Shown here: one piece after another, positions 43,137 through 53,062 of the stretch
Layout: every line of letters starts with the position of its first letter
Numbering within the stretch: the first letter of the stretch is position 1
Assembly: GCA_964486815.1 (NCBI GenBank)
Contig: CAZAOO010000007.1
Span: 2,919 to 66,918, forward strand
DNA: 64,000 nt
Direction: 5' to 3'
From: an uncultured Thiotrichales bacterium
Lineage (GTDB): Bacteria > Pseudomonadota > Gammaproteobacteria > UBA4575
Position numbers and translations under genes: made by a program
The notes under the pieces: model-generated
The model's input: only the letters and a program-made list of their open reading frames with translations
The model's database searches: none
What the model was told of the DNA's origin: nothing

Positions 43137-43505
43137 ATGGATGGAAACAGCGCAAAAACAGCTCCTGTCTTGGATCATTTAGTAGCTACCGGCAGTGTAT
43201 CGTCTAGCAACAAATCCACACCAATATTACAAACACAGAACCTACAAGCTAAGCCAGTATTAGCCACTACGAATGGTAGTGGTGCGCCTAAAACTCCAGT
43301 TCCCAAAGCAGTTGTACAAAATACAACCACACAGACTGATAATGCCCCACAGAATCGACGTACAGATAAATCAGAATTTGAAATTCAACTTACGAATACC
43401 GTAAACAAAATAATGCTTGAGCACTTTGAGCACGCAAGTGAACAAATTGTACAAAAAGTATTGAGCGAAGTTCGCGCACGCTTGCCAGGACAAAGAAAAT
43501 CTTAA
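43137..43505 (+). CDS. Hypothetical protein with a disordered linker and C-terminal amphipathic helix (PopZ-like layout)
   Basis: ATG ORF co-oriented between holC and valS; low-complexity T/Q/P/S/N middle; helical C-terminus. Confidence 0.72.
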   Translation: MDGNSAKTAPVLDHLVATGSVSSSNKSTPILQTQNLQAKPVLATTNGSGAPKTPVPKAVVQNTTTQTDNAPQNRRTDKSEFEIQLTNTVNKIMLEHFEHASEQIVQKVLSEVRARLPGQRKS

Positions 43506-43714
43506 CCGAATAGCGTCCTTATGGGCTCTAAAAGCATAGATTCATTTAGATCACCCCATGCCATCCCACCTCCTCTTAGCTCTCGTGTGGGCTAGATTAA
43601 TATTGTTATACTAGAAACTTGCAAAGAGTTCTTGTCTCTCTACAGCATACAAAAATACAAACATCTCAAATTAAATCTTTAAACATCAGGTTATCGAAAT
43701 ACTCCCATAATTTC

Positions 43715-43759
43715 GACACGGCTAGACACAGATAGACTAGACACGGATAGACATGGATA
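43715..43759 (+). repeat. Degenerate 10-bp tandem repeat spanning the valS start
   Basis: GACACGGCTA GACACAGATA GACTA GACACGGATA GACATGGATA; the last unit contains the ATG at 43753. Confidence 0.75.
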
Positions 43760-46536
43760 AGACCTACCAACCGAAGAATATCGAACAGAAATGGTATCAG
43801 TTCTGGAAAAGCAATAATTACTTCTCACCATCCGGTGAAGGCAGCAATGCTTACTGCATCATGATTCCACCTCCCAATGTAACGGGAACCTTACATATGG
43901 GACATGCATTCAATAACACATTAATGGACTGCCTAACTCGCTATCATCGAATGTGTGGCTACAACACATTGTGGCAACCGGGTACGGATCATGCGGGCAT
44001 TGCGACTCAGATGGTGGTTGAACGACAACTCAATGCAGAGAATAAAACTCGTCACGATTTAGGCAGAGAAAAGTTCGTAGACAAAGTATGGGAGTGGAAA
44101 GAACAGTCTGGTAATGCTATTTATGGCCAGTTGGAACGCATGGGCTCATCTCTAGACTGGTCGCGTGAACGCTTCACCATGGACGATGGTCTGTCTGAAG
44201 CCGTTAAACAAGTGTTCGTTCGCCTCTATGACGAAGACCTGATTTATCGAGGCAAACGTTTGGTGAATTGGGACCCAAAACTTCATACTGCGGTTTCTGA
44301 CCTAGAAGTTATCTCGGTAGAGGAAAACGGTCACATGTGGCACATGCGTTACCCCTTGGTTGATTCGAAGATGGCCGATGGTAGTGACCATATTACAGTA
44401 GCCACCACACGACCAGAGACCATGCTGGGTGATACAGCAGTTGCCGTACATCCAGATGACGAACGTTATAAAAGTTTAATTGGAAAAAGCGTAAAGCTAC
44501 CTTTAACAGATCGTGAAATACCTGTTATAGCAGACGACTACGTGGACCCAGAATTTGGTTCCGGTTGTGTAAAAATTACTCCCGCTCATGATTTTAACGA
44601 CTATGAAGTTGGCATGCGCCACGATTTAGAAAAAATTAACATTTTTACTATTGATGCCAAAATTAACCATAACGCACCTGCAAAATATCAAGGACTGGAT
44701 CGCTTTGAAGCACGTAAGCAAATTGTTGAAGATCTGAAAGCACAAAATCTGTTAGCAGAAATCAAAGACCACAAACTTATGGTGCCTCGCGGTGATCGTT
44801 CTGGTGTAGTGGTAGAACCATACTTGACCGATCAATGGTATGTGAAAATACAACCTTTAGCGGACCCGGCTATCAAAGCCGTTAAAGATGGAGATATTCA
44901 GTTTGTTCCTGAAAACTGGAGCAAGACTTACTTTGAATGGATGAATAATATTCAAGACTGGTGCATTAGCCGTCAACTTTGGTGGGGGCATCGCATACCT
45001 GCATGGTATGACAATGACGGAAAGATTTATGTAGCTGAAAACGAAGAAGAAGTACGGAAAAAATATAATCTGGATGCTGATTTTGAGCTTAAGCAAGATG
45101 AAGATGTACTGGATACCTGGTTTTCATCTGCACTATGGCCATTCTCGACTTTAGGTTGGCCCGAACAAACCAAAGAACTAAAAACATTTTATCCCACTTC
45201 AGTTCTAATCACAGGATTCGACATTATTTTCTTTTGGGTCGCACGCATGATCATGATGGGATTGAAGTTCATGGACGATGTTCCATTTAAAAAAGTATAT
45301 ATCCATGGTCTTGTTCGCGATGCTGATGGGCAGAAAATGTCAAAGTCTAAAGGTAATGTGTTAGACCCTATCGACATTATTGATGGCATTGATCTCGATA
45401 CATTAATCAAGAAACGCACAAGTGGCCTGATGCAGCCGGAGATGGCAGCAAAGATTGAGAAAGCCACTCGCAAACAATATCCAGACGGTATCAAAGCCTA
45501 TGGTACAGATGCCATGCGCTTTTCATTTGCCGCACAAGCCTCGACAGGACGAGACATTAAATTTGATTTAAATCGCATCGAAGGATATAGAAATTTTTGT
45601 AACAAACTTTGGAATGCTACAAATTTCGTATTAATGAATACTGAAGAAAAAGAAGTAGCTAATCAGATTGACAAGCAACTTCTTACTTTGGCGGACCGCT
45701 GGATTTTAAGCAAGCAGCAAGAGACCATCGACCTTACCCACAAACATTTAAAAAATTACCGCTTTGATCTTGCTGCACAAGCATTGTATGAATTTTCCTG
45801 GCATGAATTTTGTGACTGGTATGTTGAATTATGCAAACCGACTCTGTTTAAAGATGATATTGATGAAAAAGTTAAGCAAAATTCGCGCCGCGTGCTATTG
45901 GAAGTGTTTGAAAGCTTATTGAAACTGCTGCACCCAATCATTCCGTTTTTAACTGAAGAAATATGGCAACCAATAGCAAAACAATTAAAGTTATCAGGTG
46001 ACAGCATCTCAGTCCAAGACTTCCCAAGAAGTAACAATGCCTATGTCGACATTGAAAGCCTACAAGAATTGGAATGGTCTAAAGAATTCATTAATGGTAT
46101 TCGCAAGATACGTTCCGAAATGGACATCCCCCCGGGGAAACCATTAAGTATTTTGCTACAAAATTGGTCTTCACAAGAGCAAAATTATTTTAAGCACAGC
46201 CAGCAATATATTCACTCGCTGGCAAAAGTTGAAGGCATTGAATGGTTAAAGGATGATGATTCCGCACCGGAATCTGCTACTGCATTAGTAGGAGAAATGA
46301 AAATTCTTATCCCTCTCGCAGGATTAATAGACAAAGAAGCTGAAAGGGCAAGATTGGACAAAGAGATCAAAAAATTAGAAACCAATCTGGAAAAAAGTTC
46401 GGGAAAATTAAAAAACCCTAACTTTGCTGACAAAGCACCTGCAGATATTGTAGATAAAGAACGTGAGCGAATTGCAGAAATGCAAACTTCATTACAGCAA
46501 CTTAAAGAGCAAGCAGATAAAATAAACAAGCTTTAG
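43753..46536 (+). CDS. valS: Valine--tRNA ligase
   Basis: [14 protein letters not shown] (HIGH), [18 protein letters not shown]-terminal coiled coil. Confidence 0.99.
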   Translation: MDKTYQPKNIEQKWYQFWKSNNYFSPSGEGSNAYCIMIPPPNVTGTLHMGHAFNNTLMDCLTRYHRMCGYNTLWQPGTDHAGIATQMVVERQLNAENKTRHDLGREKFVDKVWEWKEQSGNAIYGQLERMGSSLDWSRERFTMDDGLSEAVKQVFVRLYDEDLIYRGKRLVNWDPKLHTAVSDLEVISVEENGHMWHMRYPLVDSKMADGSDHITVATTRPETMLGDTAVAVHPDDERYKSLIGKSVKLPLTDREIPVIADDYVDPEFGSGCVKITPAHDFNDYEVGMRHDLEKINIFTIDAKINHNAPAKYQGLDRFEARKQIVEDLKAQNLLAEIKDHKLMVPRGDRSGVVVEPYLTDQWYVKIQPLADPAIKAVKDGDIQFVPENWSKTYFEWMNNIQDWCISRQLWWGHRIPAWYDNDGKIYVAENEEEVRKKYNLDADFELKQDEDVLDTWFSSALWPFSTLGWPEQTKELKTFYPTSVLITGFDIIFFWVARMIMMGLKFMDDVPFKKVYIHGLVRDADGQKMSKSKGNVLDPIDIIDGIDLDTLIKKRTSGLMQPEMAAKIEKATRKQYPDGIKAYGTDAMRFSFAAQASTGRDIKFDLNRIEGYRNFCNKLWNATNFVLMNTEEKEVANQIDKQLLTLADRWILSKQQETIDLTHKHLKNYRFDLAAQALYEFSWHEFCDWYVELCKPTLFKDDIDEKVKQNSRRVLLEVFESLLKLLHPIIPFLTEEIWQPIAKQLKLSGDSISVQDFPRSNNAYVDIESLQELEWSKEFINGIRKIRSEMDIPPGKPLSILLQNWSSQEQNYFKHSQQYIHSLAKVEGIEWLKDDDSAPESATALVGEMKILIPLAGLIDKEAERARLDKEIKKLETNLEKSSGKLKNPNFADKAPADIVDKERERIAEMQTSLQQLKEQADKINKL

Positions 46537-46584
46537 ATTAATATAGAATAAGTTGGAATAAAACCAGGAGCCTTAAGAGTAGAG

Positions 46585-47091
46585 ATGAGTAATCCAGTTA
46601 AACAAGAAAAGAAACTGTTTATGACCCGTTTAATGACACCAGATATGGCGAATTTTTCTGGCAATGTACATGGTGGAACAATACTAAAACTTTTAGACGA
46701 AGCTGCTTTTTCTTGTGCGTCACGCTACTGCAAAATGTACGTGATGACAGCTGCATTAGACCATGTTGAATTCAAGTCTCCCATCACAGTCGGTGACCTG
46801 GTTACTTTCAAATGCAATATAAATTACGTAGGTCGCAGCTCAATGGAAGTAGGCATACGCGTAGAAGGTGAAAAGATTAGAGAAAAAACTAAATACCATG
46901 CTATCTCGTGTTATTTCACAATGATCGCTGTTAACGAAGATGGTGTTCCTCAAAAAGCGCCGACGCTTCTGATTGAATCAGAAACTGAACAAAAACTCTT
47001 TAATGCTGGAAATATGCGTCGCGAAATGCGCAAAGAAACGAAACAGAGAAATCTACAACTACACGTTGGACTTGATACTATGATTTCGTAA
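46585..47091 (+). CDS. Acyl-CoA thioesterase (hotdog fold, YciA-like)
   Basis: ANFSGNVHGGTILKLLDE, VGRSSMEVG; SD AGGAG upstream. Confidence 0.92.
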   Translation: MSNPVKQEKKLFMTRLMTPDMANFSGNVHGGTILKLLDEAAFSCASRYCKMYVMTAALDHVEFKSPITVGDLVTFKCNINYVGRSSMEVGIRVEGEKIREKTKYHAISCYFTMIAVNEDGVPQKAPTLLIESETEQKLFNAGNMRREMRKETKQRNLQLHVGLDTMIS

Positions 47092-47119
47092 CCGCAAATA
47101 AATATTTATCAAATTAAAT

Positions 47120-47332
47120 TTATATAAGTTGGATTTGATATTTTTCATCCGCATACTCCACTGTATCGCCCGATACAATTTTTTTTCTTTTCCTGGTCTC
47201 TACAATACCATTCACCAAAACCAATCCATCAGCAATGACAGCTTTAGCTTCGCCACCGCTATTGACCATGCTTTCAAACTTAAGGATCTTGTATAACTCG
47301 ATAGGCTCTCGAAAGATTTCAACCATTCTCAT
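47120..47332 (-). CDS. S4-domain RNA-binding protein (YbcJ/YaaA-like)
   Basis: IELYKILK..SGGEAK..I.DG.V.VNG.VETRKRKKI..GD. Confidence 0.92.
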   Translation of the reverse strand: MRMVEIFREPIELYKILKFESMVNSGGEAKAVIADGLVLVNGIVETRKRKKIVSGDTVEYADEKYQIQLI

Positions 47333-47443
47333 CTTATGAATTTTTACCAATAAGAATTATGGCCGGTTTTTACACTTGAGCGAAAAAAAACCGAAATGAA
47401 GGGTGAGTTCTTTAGATAACTCATATTGCGTTGGAACTTAACG

Positions 47444-47482
47444 CAACAGCAAGACAACGATTAGATCGTTGTCCGGCTGTTG
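47444..47482 (-). terminator. Long stem-loop downstream of the cold-shock gene (terminator or stability hairpin)
   Basis: CAACAGC-AA-GACAACGAT-TAG-ATCGTTGTC-CG-GCTGTTG: 7+9 bp stems; no clear U-tract. Confidence 0.5.
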
Positions 47483-47525
47483 TGATAATTTACTGAGAGT
47501 AAACTGCGTTAAGCAGAAGAACTAA

Positions 47526-47732
47526 TTAGATAGCTTTTACTTTATTAGCGCATGGTCCTTTTTGACCTTCGCCTACTTCGTATTCTACTTTTTGTCCGTC
47601 ATTGAGTGTTGCATAACCGCCGCCACTTTGAATTTCAGAATGGTGTACAAACAAATCTTTTCCACCGTCTTCAGGAGTGATGAAGCCGAAGCCTTTGTCC
47701 GCATTGAACCATTTTACTGTACCTGTACTCAT
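47526..47732 (-). CDS. Cold-shock protein (CspA family)
   Basis: [15 protein letters not shown] (RNP1), DLFVHHS (RNP2), GQKGP. Confidence 0.97.
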   Translation of the reverse strand: MSTGTVKWFNADKGFGFITPEDGGKDLFVHHSEIQSGGGYATLNDGQKVEYEVGEGQKGPCANKVKAI

Positions 47733-47911
47733 ATTGTGTTTTTCCTAATTTAATGAATCTTAATGTAATCGAGGCTTACTGCTTTTGAATAGACTTAACC
47801 ATTCACTACCGTGACGTCTCAATGTGCACACATGCTAATCATTTTCTAGCCATAACGCCAATAAAAAAGAGATTTTTAGCCTTTATACCGACATTAATCG
47901 CTAGATTTATA

Positions 47912-48229
47912 TCATTTAGAGGTAGATTCTTGCCCACAACTCCAGCAAATATTGAATTGACCTTCCATTTCCTCTCCACAACTGGGACACACCCAGCTCT
48001 CTGGATTGGCTCTAATAGACTGAGTAAAGCCGTCCACAACGCGTTTTGCAGGCTCCACATCATTATTATTGACTACCCATAATTCAGGCCAGACCTCAGT
48101 AGGTGGGAGTTCACCCACACCGCCTGACAGATGCTCGTTTTTAATAATAGCTGCCATCCCCTTCTCTTCAAGGAGGTCTTTAATTTGGTAAATAAAAATT
48201 GGATTAGGTTCGCTATAAATGCGTTTCAT
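47912..48229 (-). CDS. DUF2007-like putative signal-transducing protein with C-terminal zinc ribbon
   Basis: KNEHLSGGVGELPPTEVWPELWV and WVCPSCGE..FNICWSCG. Confidence 0.8.
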   Translation of the reverse strand: MKRIYSEPNPIFIYQIKDLLEEKGMAAIIKNEHLSGGVGELPPTEVWPELWVVNNNDVEPAKRVVDGFTQSIRANPESWVCPSCGEEMEGQFNICWSCGQESTSK

Positions 48230-48278
48230 ACGCACAGTATAGCAAAGACCCTATTGCGTCTTATTAGAGTTATCTAAT

Positions 48279-48647
48279 TCAGCGCAGCTTCAAGGTGTAA
48301 CGGTTTTTGCTTTCACCTGTTTTTGAGCAGACCGCCACAATGATGACTTTACTAAGTTCGGATGGAATACTTAGCCCTAATAAGGTGCGAGTAAAAGGTT
48401 GCTCATCTACATGTGGATGATGAAGCACTCTTTCACCTATCAACTCACCAGCGGGTAAATAAACACGCCAGGCATTAGAATAATGCTCCCAGCCCTCATC
48501 CTCATGCTCTAAAGTAACCGATATATTAAATTTTTGAGCAGGTGTTTTTTCTGCTTTAACCTTAATGATTTTTGCATCACTCGCGATACATATACACGAG
48601 GAAAGCATTAACAAACAAACAATCAAAATTCGCATTTGTTTAATCAC
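48279..48647 (-). CDS. Secreted hypothetical protein with His-rich motifs
   Basis: Signal peptide; HEDEGWEHYSNAW, RVLHHPHVDEQPFTR, AVCSKTG. Confidence 0.8.
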   Translation of the reverse strand: MIKQMRILIVCLLMLSSCICIASDAKIIKVKAEKTPAQKFNISVTLEHEDEGWEHYSNAWRVYLPAGELIGERVLHHPHVDEQPFTRTLLGLSIPSELSKVIIVAVCSKTGESKNRYTLKLR

Positions 48648-48748
48648 CTTTATTATCTAAACTTCTGGTCTAGGTCCTAGTCTTAGCACATGGTCTACCT
48701 TACTGGCTAATTTTCTGGGCTACTTTAATAAGCCTATTTTATTGCAAG

Positions 48749-49171
48749 TTACTCTTTAGCAAATATCTGACTCATATCTTTGAATGATTTAAATTCTAGA
48801 TAATTATTGCTTGGATCTTGAATAAACATAGTCGCCTGTTCGCCAACCTGCCCTTTAAAGCGGATACATGGCTCTATATGGAATTTGATGCCTTCTCGCT
48901 TAAGACGTTCTGCCAAATGCTCCCATTCGCCCCAATTAAGAATGATGCCAAAATGCCTAACAGGTACATCGTGCTCATCTACAGGATTGGAGGGTGTAAA
49001 CATATCTTCATGATCATATAAATGAGCACTAAGTTGATGTCCATGAAAATTGAAATCTATCCAGCGTTTATCCTCACGCCCTACTGCGCAGCCAAGCAGA
49101 CCAACATAAAACGCACGTGTTTTCTCAATATCATAAACTGGAAATGCTAAATGAAAAACAGATATAGCCAT
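48749..49171 (-). CDS. VOC family (glyoxalase/extradiol dioxygenase-like) protein
   Basis: FHLAFPV, FHGHQLSAH, VRHFG, DPSNNYLEFK metal ligands. Confidence 0.9.
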   Translation of the reverse strand: MAISVFHLAFPVYDIEKTRAFYVGLLGCAVGREDKRWIDFNFHGHQLSAHLYDHEDMFTPSNPVDEHDVPVRHFGIILNWGEWEHLAERLKREGIKFHIEPCIRFKGQVGEQATMFIQDPSNNYLEFKSFKDMSQIFAKE

Positions 49172-49173
49172 TT

Positions 49174-49866
49174 TTAAAATACCAACTTGTTCTTTGGTTT
49201 ATCTGCAACATTATCACGCAGATAAACCGGTAATGCTTCTATAGCTGAAACATATTGTCCTTGCTCGAAATATATCTTAGCTAATTTTGCTACAAATTCT
49301 GCCTGGGGGAACACTCCTGGATCAAAATTTATCTTTTCACCTAAAGCTTGTTGTAAATCTTCTGCATAAGCGGTCCAACCGGAACCAACTCCATAACAAT
49401 CATTATTAATCTTAATATCTAGCCTATTCGCAGGCATGACTCTTTCATCTTCAATTAACTGCATTCCTTTTTTATCGTTATGTGAATAAAGCCCGTAGTA
49501 AATTTCTTGCATACGTGCATCGATACAAGACAACACTTGTGATACCTGTCTCGATTCAAATGCAGCTTGCGCAAGGGACGCCAGCGACGACACCGGTACC
49601 ACAGGCAGATCTTGCCCTAATGCGATACCTTGGGTAACACTCGCAGCAAGTCGCACCCCCGTAAAAGCACCCGGCCCTCTACCAAAGGCGATTGCATCTA
49701 GTTGCGATAAACTCGTTTGCCCTTGCGCCAAAACTTGTTCACACATGGATAATATAATTTCATTATGTCGTCTAGGAGCAACTTCACTCATACCAATTAC
49801 TTCATCATCAATCAATAAAGCTGCTGAACATGATTCTGTTGCAGTCTCAATGGCTAACAGCTTCAT
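49174..49866 (-). CDS. tsaB: t6A biosynthesis protein TsaB
   Basis: LAIETATESCSAAL, GRGPGAFTGVR, DARMQEIY, PVYLR. Confidence 0.96.
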   Translation of the reverse strand: MKLLAIETATESCSAALLIDDEVIGMSEVAPRRHNEIILSMCEQVLAQGQTSLSQLDAIAFGRGPGAFTGVRLAASVTQGIALGQDLPVVPVSSLASLAQAAFESRQVSQVLSCIDARMQEIYYGLYSHNDKKGMQLIEDERVMPANRLDIKINNDCYGVGSGWTAYAEDLQQALGEKINFDPGVFPQAEFVAKLAKIYFEQGQYVSAIEALPVYLRDNVADKPKNKLVF

Positions 49867-51823
49867 ACTCTGACTCTCGAAGTTCTAAAAAGTTGATTGC
49901 ATCATCCAGGCTTGAGGTACGCAACATATTCGGCAAACTATTGATAAATGTCTTACCGTAAGGCTTTGTAAGCATCCTTGGGTCACAGATTACCACCACG
50001 CCGTAGTCTTCCTCGTCTCGTATTAAACGACCCACACCTTGTTTAAGAGAAATAACGGCTTGAGGCAGTTGATATTTCATGAATGGATTCTCACCCGTTT
50101 GGCGTAGCGCTTGTAAACGTCCTTTTAACACTGGGTCATCGGGCGCGGCGAAAGGCAGTTTATCAATCACCACAATACTTAACGCTTCACCACGTATATC
50201 CACACCTTCCCAAAAACTACTGGTGCCTAGCAATACGGCATGGTCCGATTTGGAAAAAATCGATAATAACTCCCTACGAGGTGAATCACCCTGAACCAAT
50301 AATGTAAATTCATCATGATCGGCTAAATAATTAGCTGCAATTCGCAATGCACGATGACTTGTGAAGAGTAAAAATGCACGCCCTTGATTTGCCTCTAAAA
50401 GCGGCAATACTGCATCGATCACTTTATGCGTGTAGTTTCTATCATTCGGCTCAACACCCAACACTGGCAAGTATAGTCGTGTATTGTTTTGGTAGTCATA
50501 AGGACTATCTAGCATTAACGTTTCCGCATCACCCAAGCCCAGCTGCTGTTGAAAATGGTCAAATTTAGCATTCACTGTCAACGTTGCAGAGGTAAAAATC
50601 CAGCTACACTTATATTGGTGCATAAATTCCTGAAAAGAATCTGCCACTACTAGTGGTGTGCTATGTAGCTTAAAACCTCTATCAAAACACTCAAGCCAGT
50701 TTACTGTTTCCTTATTAATGTCTGAGTTACTCTCTGAAATTAAGTGCAAACCTTGTTGAATACGCTCACACCGCTCAACACACTTGGTCATCATTTTCCC
50801 ATGATCACTCAATGGCGTAATCACCTCATATAATTGCTGGACAACTTTGCACAACTGATCAAATTGATCTTCAATTTTCGAGACTGAAATAATTTCATAC
50901 CATGGAAATCGACCGTTTTTGCCGGATAATGCAATCTGAAAATCTGCAACAGCTTTTTGCAGCGCATCCAAAACCGGTTGCACTTCCTTTGTTCCAGGTG
51001 CTTCTTCAATTTGTGCGATTCGAACATCACTCGACAAGTCATTCATTTGTCGACTAGTCGTTGAGGTTGCAAGAAAGGTACTCGCTAACTCTGGTAACTG
51101 ATGGGCTTCATCAAAAATTACAGCATTCACGCTTGGCAAAAGCTCACCAAAGCCTTCCATCTTTAAAGCTAAATCTGCAAAAAATAAATGATGATTAATA
51201 ATCACGACATCTGATTGTTGTGCTTTCTGCCTGGCTTTCACTACATGACATTTGTCATAACTAGGGCATTCCGCACCTAGGCAATTATCAATGGTTGAAG
51301 TTACATTTGGCCAAACTGGATCATTCTCAAATATAGCCGTCACTTCTGCAATCTCACCTGTTTTAGTGAATTGAGACCACTCTTTGATTATATTTATTTT
51401 TTTACCTAGCTGACGGTTGTGCATCTGCGCACTAGGAGCGTGATGCTCCAGCCTGTACAAGCAAAGATAATTTGCACGCCCTTTTAGCAAAGCGGTTTTA
51501 ACAGGCAGCTTTAGGATATTAAGGATAGCCGGAAGATCTTTAAAATATAGTTGGTCTTGCAGATGCTTGGTGCCGGTAGATATAACCACTTTTTGATTAG
51601 AAAGTAATGCCGGAATTAAATATGCAAAAGTCTTACCCACTCCGGTTCCAGCCTCAACAATTAGCTGACTATAATTTTTCAATGCAGTATTCACCGCATC
51701 ACTCATTTTTTGTTGCTGTGGACGGTGATGAAAATTATCTAAATTTTCTGACAGCAAGCCTTTTTCACTGAATACCGTTTCGCTAATAAGCTCAGTACTA
51801 TTTGATGCTTCATTTTCAGACAT
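49847..51823 (-). CDS. yoaA: ATP-dependent DinG/YoaA family Fe-S helicase
   Basis: EAGTGVGKT, KGRANYLC..CLGAECP..C, DEAH, SFWEGVD, KQGVGRLIR; adjacent to tsaB. Confidence 0.9.
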   Translation of the reverse strand: MSENEASNSTELISETVFSEKGLLSENLDNFHHRPQQQKMSDAVNTALKNYSQLIVEAGTGVGKTFAYLIPALLSNQKVVISTGTKHLQDQLYFKDLPAILNILKLPVKTALLKGRANYLCLYRLEHHAPSAQMHNRQLGKKINIIKEWSQFTKTGEIAEVTAIFENDPVWPNVTSTIDNCLGAECPSYDKCHVVKARQKAQQSDVVIINHHLFFADLALKMEGFGELLPSVNAVIFDEAHQLPELASTFLATSTTSRQMNDLSSDVRIAQIEEAPGTKEVQPVLDALQKAVADFQIALSGKNGRFPWYEIISVSKIEDQFDQLCKVVQQLYEVITPLSDHGKMMTKCVERCERIQQGLHLISESNSDINKETVNWLECFDRGFKLHSTPLVVADSFQEFMHQYKCSWIFTSATLTVNAKFDHFQQQLGLGDAETLMLDSPYDYQNNTRLYLPVLGVEPNDRNYTHKVIDAVLPLLEANQGRAFLLFTSHRALRIAANYLADHDEFTLLVQGDSPRRELLSIFSKSDHAVLLGTSSFWEGVDIRGEALSIVVIDKLPFAAPDDPVLKGRLQALRQTGENPFMKYQLPQAVISLKQGVGRLIRDEEDYGVVVICDPRMLTKPYGKTFINSLPNMLRTSSLDDAINFLELRESEYEAVSH

Positions 51824-51838
51824 AGAATTAAAACGACG

Positions 51839-52321
51839 TTAAGCCTCTAGTAATAAGGTTACAGTTACATATGCTGCTATACCTTCACCTCGGCCAATAA
51901 AACCCATACCTTCATTTGTAGTGGCTTTAACATTTACATTTCCCAATGAAACTTTTAGCAGCTCGCTGAGATTTCTCTGCATAGCAGGAATGTGGGCCGC
52001 TAGTTTAGGTTTTTCCAGAATAATAGTGCTATCGATATTGCCCACCATATAATTTTTCTTCACTAATTCTAATATAACGCTCTTAACTAATTCGCTACTA
52101 TCAATATCTTTAAATTTTGGATCATGATCAGGAAAGTGTTTGCCGATATCCCCCATTGCTGCCGCACCCAACAATGCATCACAAGTGGCATGCAATAACA
52201 CATCTCCATCTGAATGTGCATCTAAACCTTTATCAAAACTTATTTTCTCTCCACCCACTACAATATAATCGCCATTTTTAAAACGGTGCGAGTCATAACC
52301 GAATCCAATTCTTACTGACAT
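51839..52321 (-). CDS. ispF: 2-C-methyl-D-erythritol 2,4-cyclodiphosphate synthase
   Basis: RIGFGYDSH, HSDGDV, GDIGKHFPD, KATTNE. Confidence 0.97.
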   Translation of the reverse strand: MSVRIGFGYDSHRFKNGDYIVVGGEKISFDKGLDAHSDGDVLLHATCDALLGAAAMGDIGKHFPDHDPKFKDIDSSELVKSVILELVKKNYMVGNIDSTIILEKPKLAAHIPAMQRNLSELLKVSLGNVNVKATTNEGMGFIGRGEGIAAYVTVTLLLEA

Positions 52322-52332
52322 AATATATGTGT

Positions 52333-53049
52333 TTATTGTTTAATTTTCTTTAGTATTCCGGCCGCAAGCTCTAAATCTTCTGCATGAGTAATTTTTATAT
52401 TATCACTCTGACCTTTTATTAATTTAACTTGTAATCCCAATTGCTCTACAGCCGATGCCTCATCAGTAACCTCAATATTAAGTTTCATGCAATACTTCAA
52501 TGCACGGTTTAATATTCCCAGCCGAAACATTTGCGGTGTCAATGCTCGCCATATACTTGCTCGATCAAGCGTTTTAACAACAGTACTAATTGACTCAGTC
52601 AGTTTGTCAGCCATTTTTAATGTATCACTAACCGGTGCAGCAAGAATTCCACCTACATCATCGTTCTCAAGCTGTTGCATCAATAATTCTAAATCTGTGT
52701 TGCGCAAGCATGGTCTTGCGGCATCATGCACAATTACAAAGTCTTGATCTTCTGCACTAGTATTCTCCAGACAACTGACCGCATTAAATACAGATTCGGT
52801 ACGTGTTTTTCCACCGATAACGGTATGAATCCTATCATCCTTAGTAATCGTCAATTCATTCCAGCATTTATCATCCTGATGTAATGCGACCACTACACCT
52901 GAAATTTTAGGATTATTTAAAAAATGACGCAGAGAAATTTCAATTACAGTTGAATTTTCTAAAGGCAAATACTGCTTTGGAATAGTAGCCCCCATTCGCT
53001 GGCCAGCGCCGGCTGCTGGTACGATCACCCAATATTGTAATGCTGCCAT
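52333..53049 (-). CDS. ispD: 2-C-methyl-D-erythritol 4-phosphate cytidylyltransferase
   Basis: VPAAGAGQRM..PKQY, VHDAARP, TPQMF, NIKIT. Confidence 0.96.
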   Translation of the reverse strand: MAALQYWVIVPAAGAGQRMGATIPKQYLPLENSTVIEISLRHFLNNPKISGVVVALHQDDKCWNELTITKDDRIHTVIGGKTRTESVFNAVSCLENTSAEDQDFVIVHDAARPCLRNTDLELLMQQLENDDVGGILAAPVSDTLKMADKLTESISTVVKTLDRASIWRALTPQMFRLGILNRALKYCMKLNIEVTDEASAVEQLGLQVKLIKGQSDNIKITHAEDLELAAGILKKIKQ

Positions 53050-53062
53050 TACGGAGCCATTA

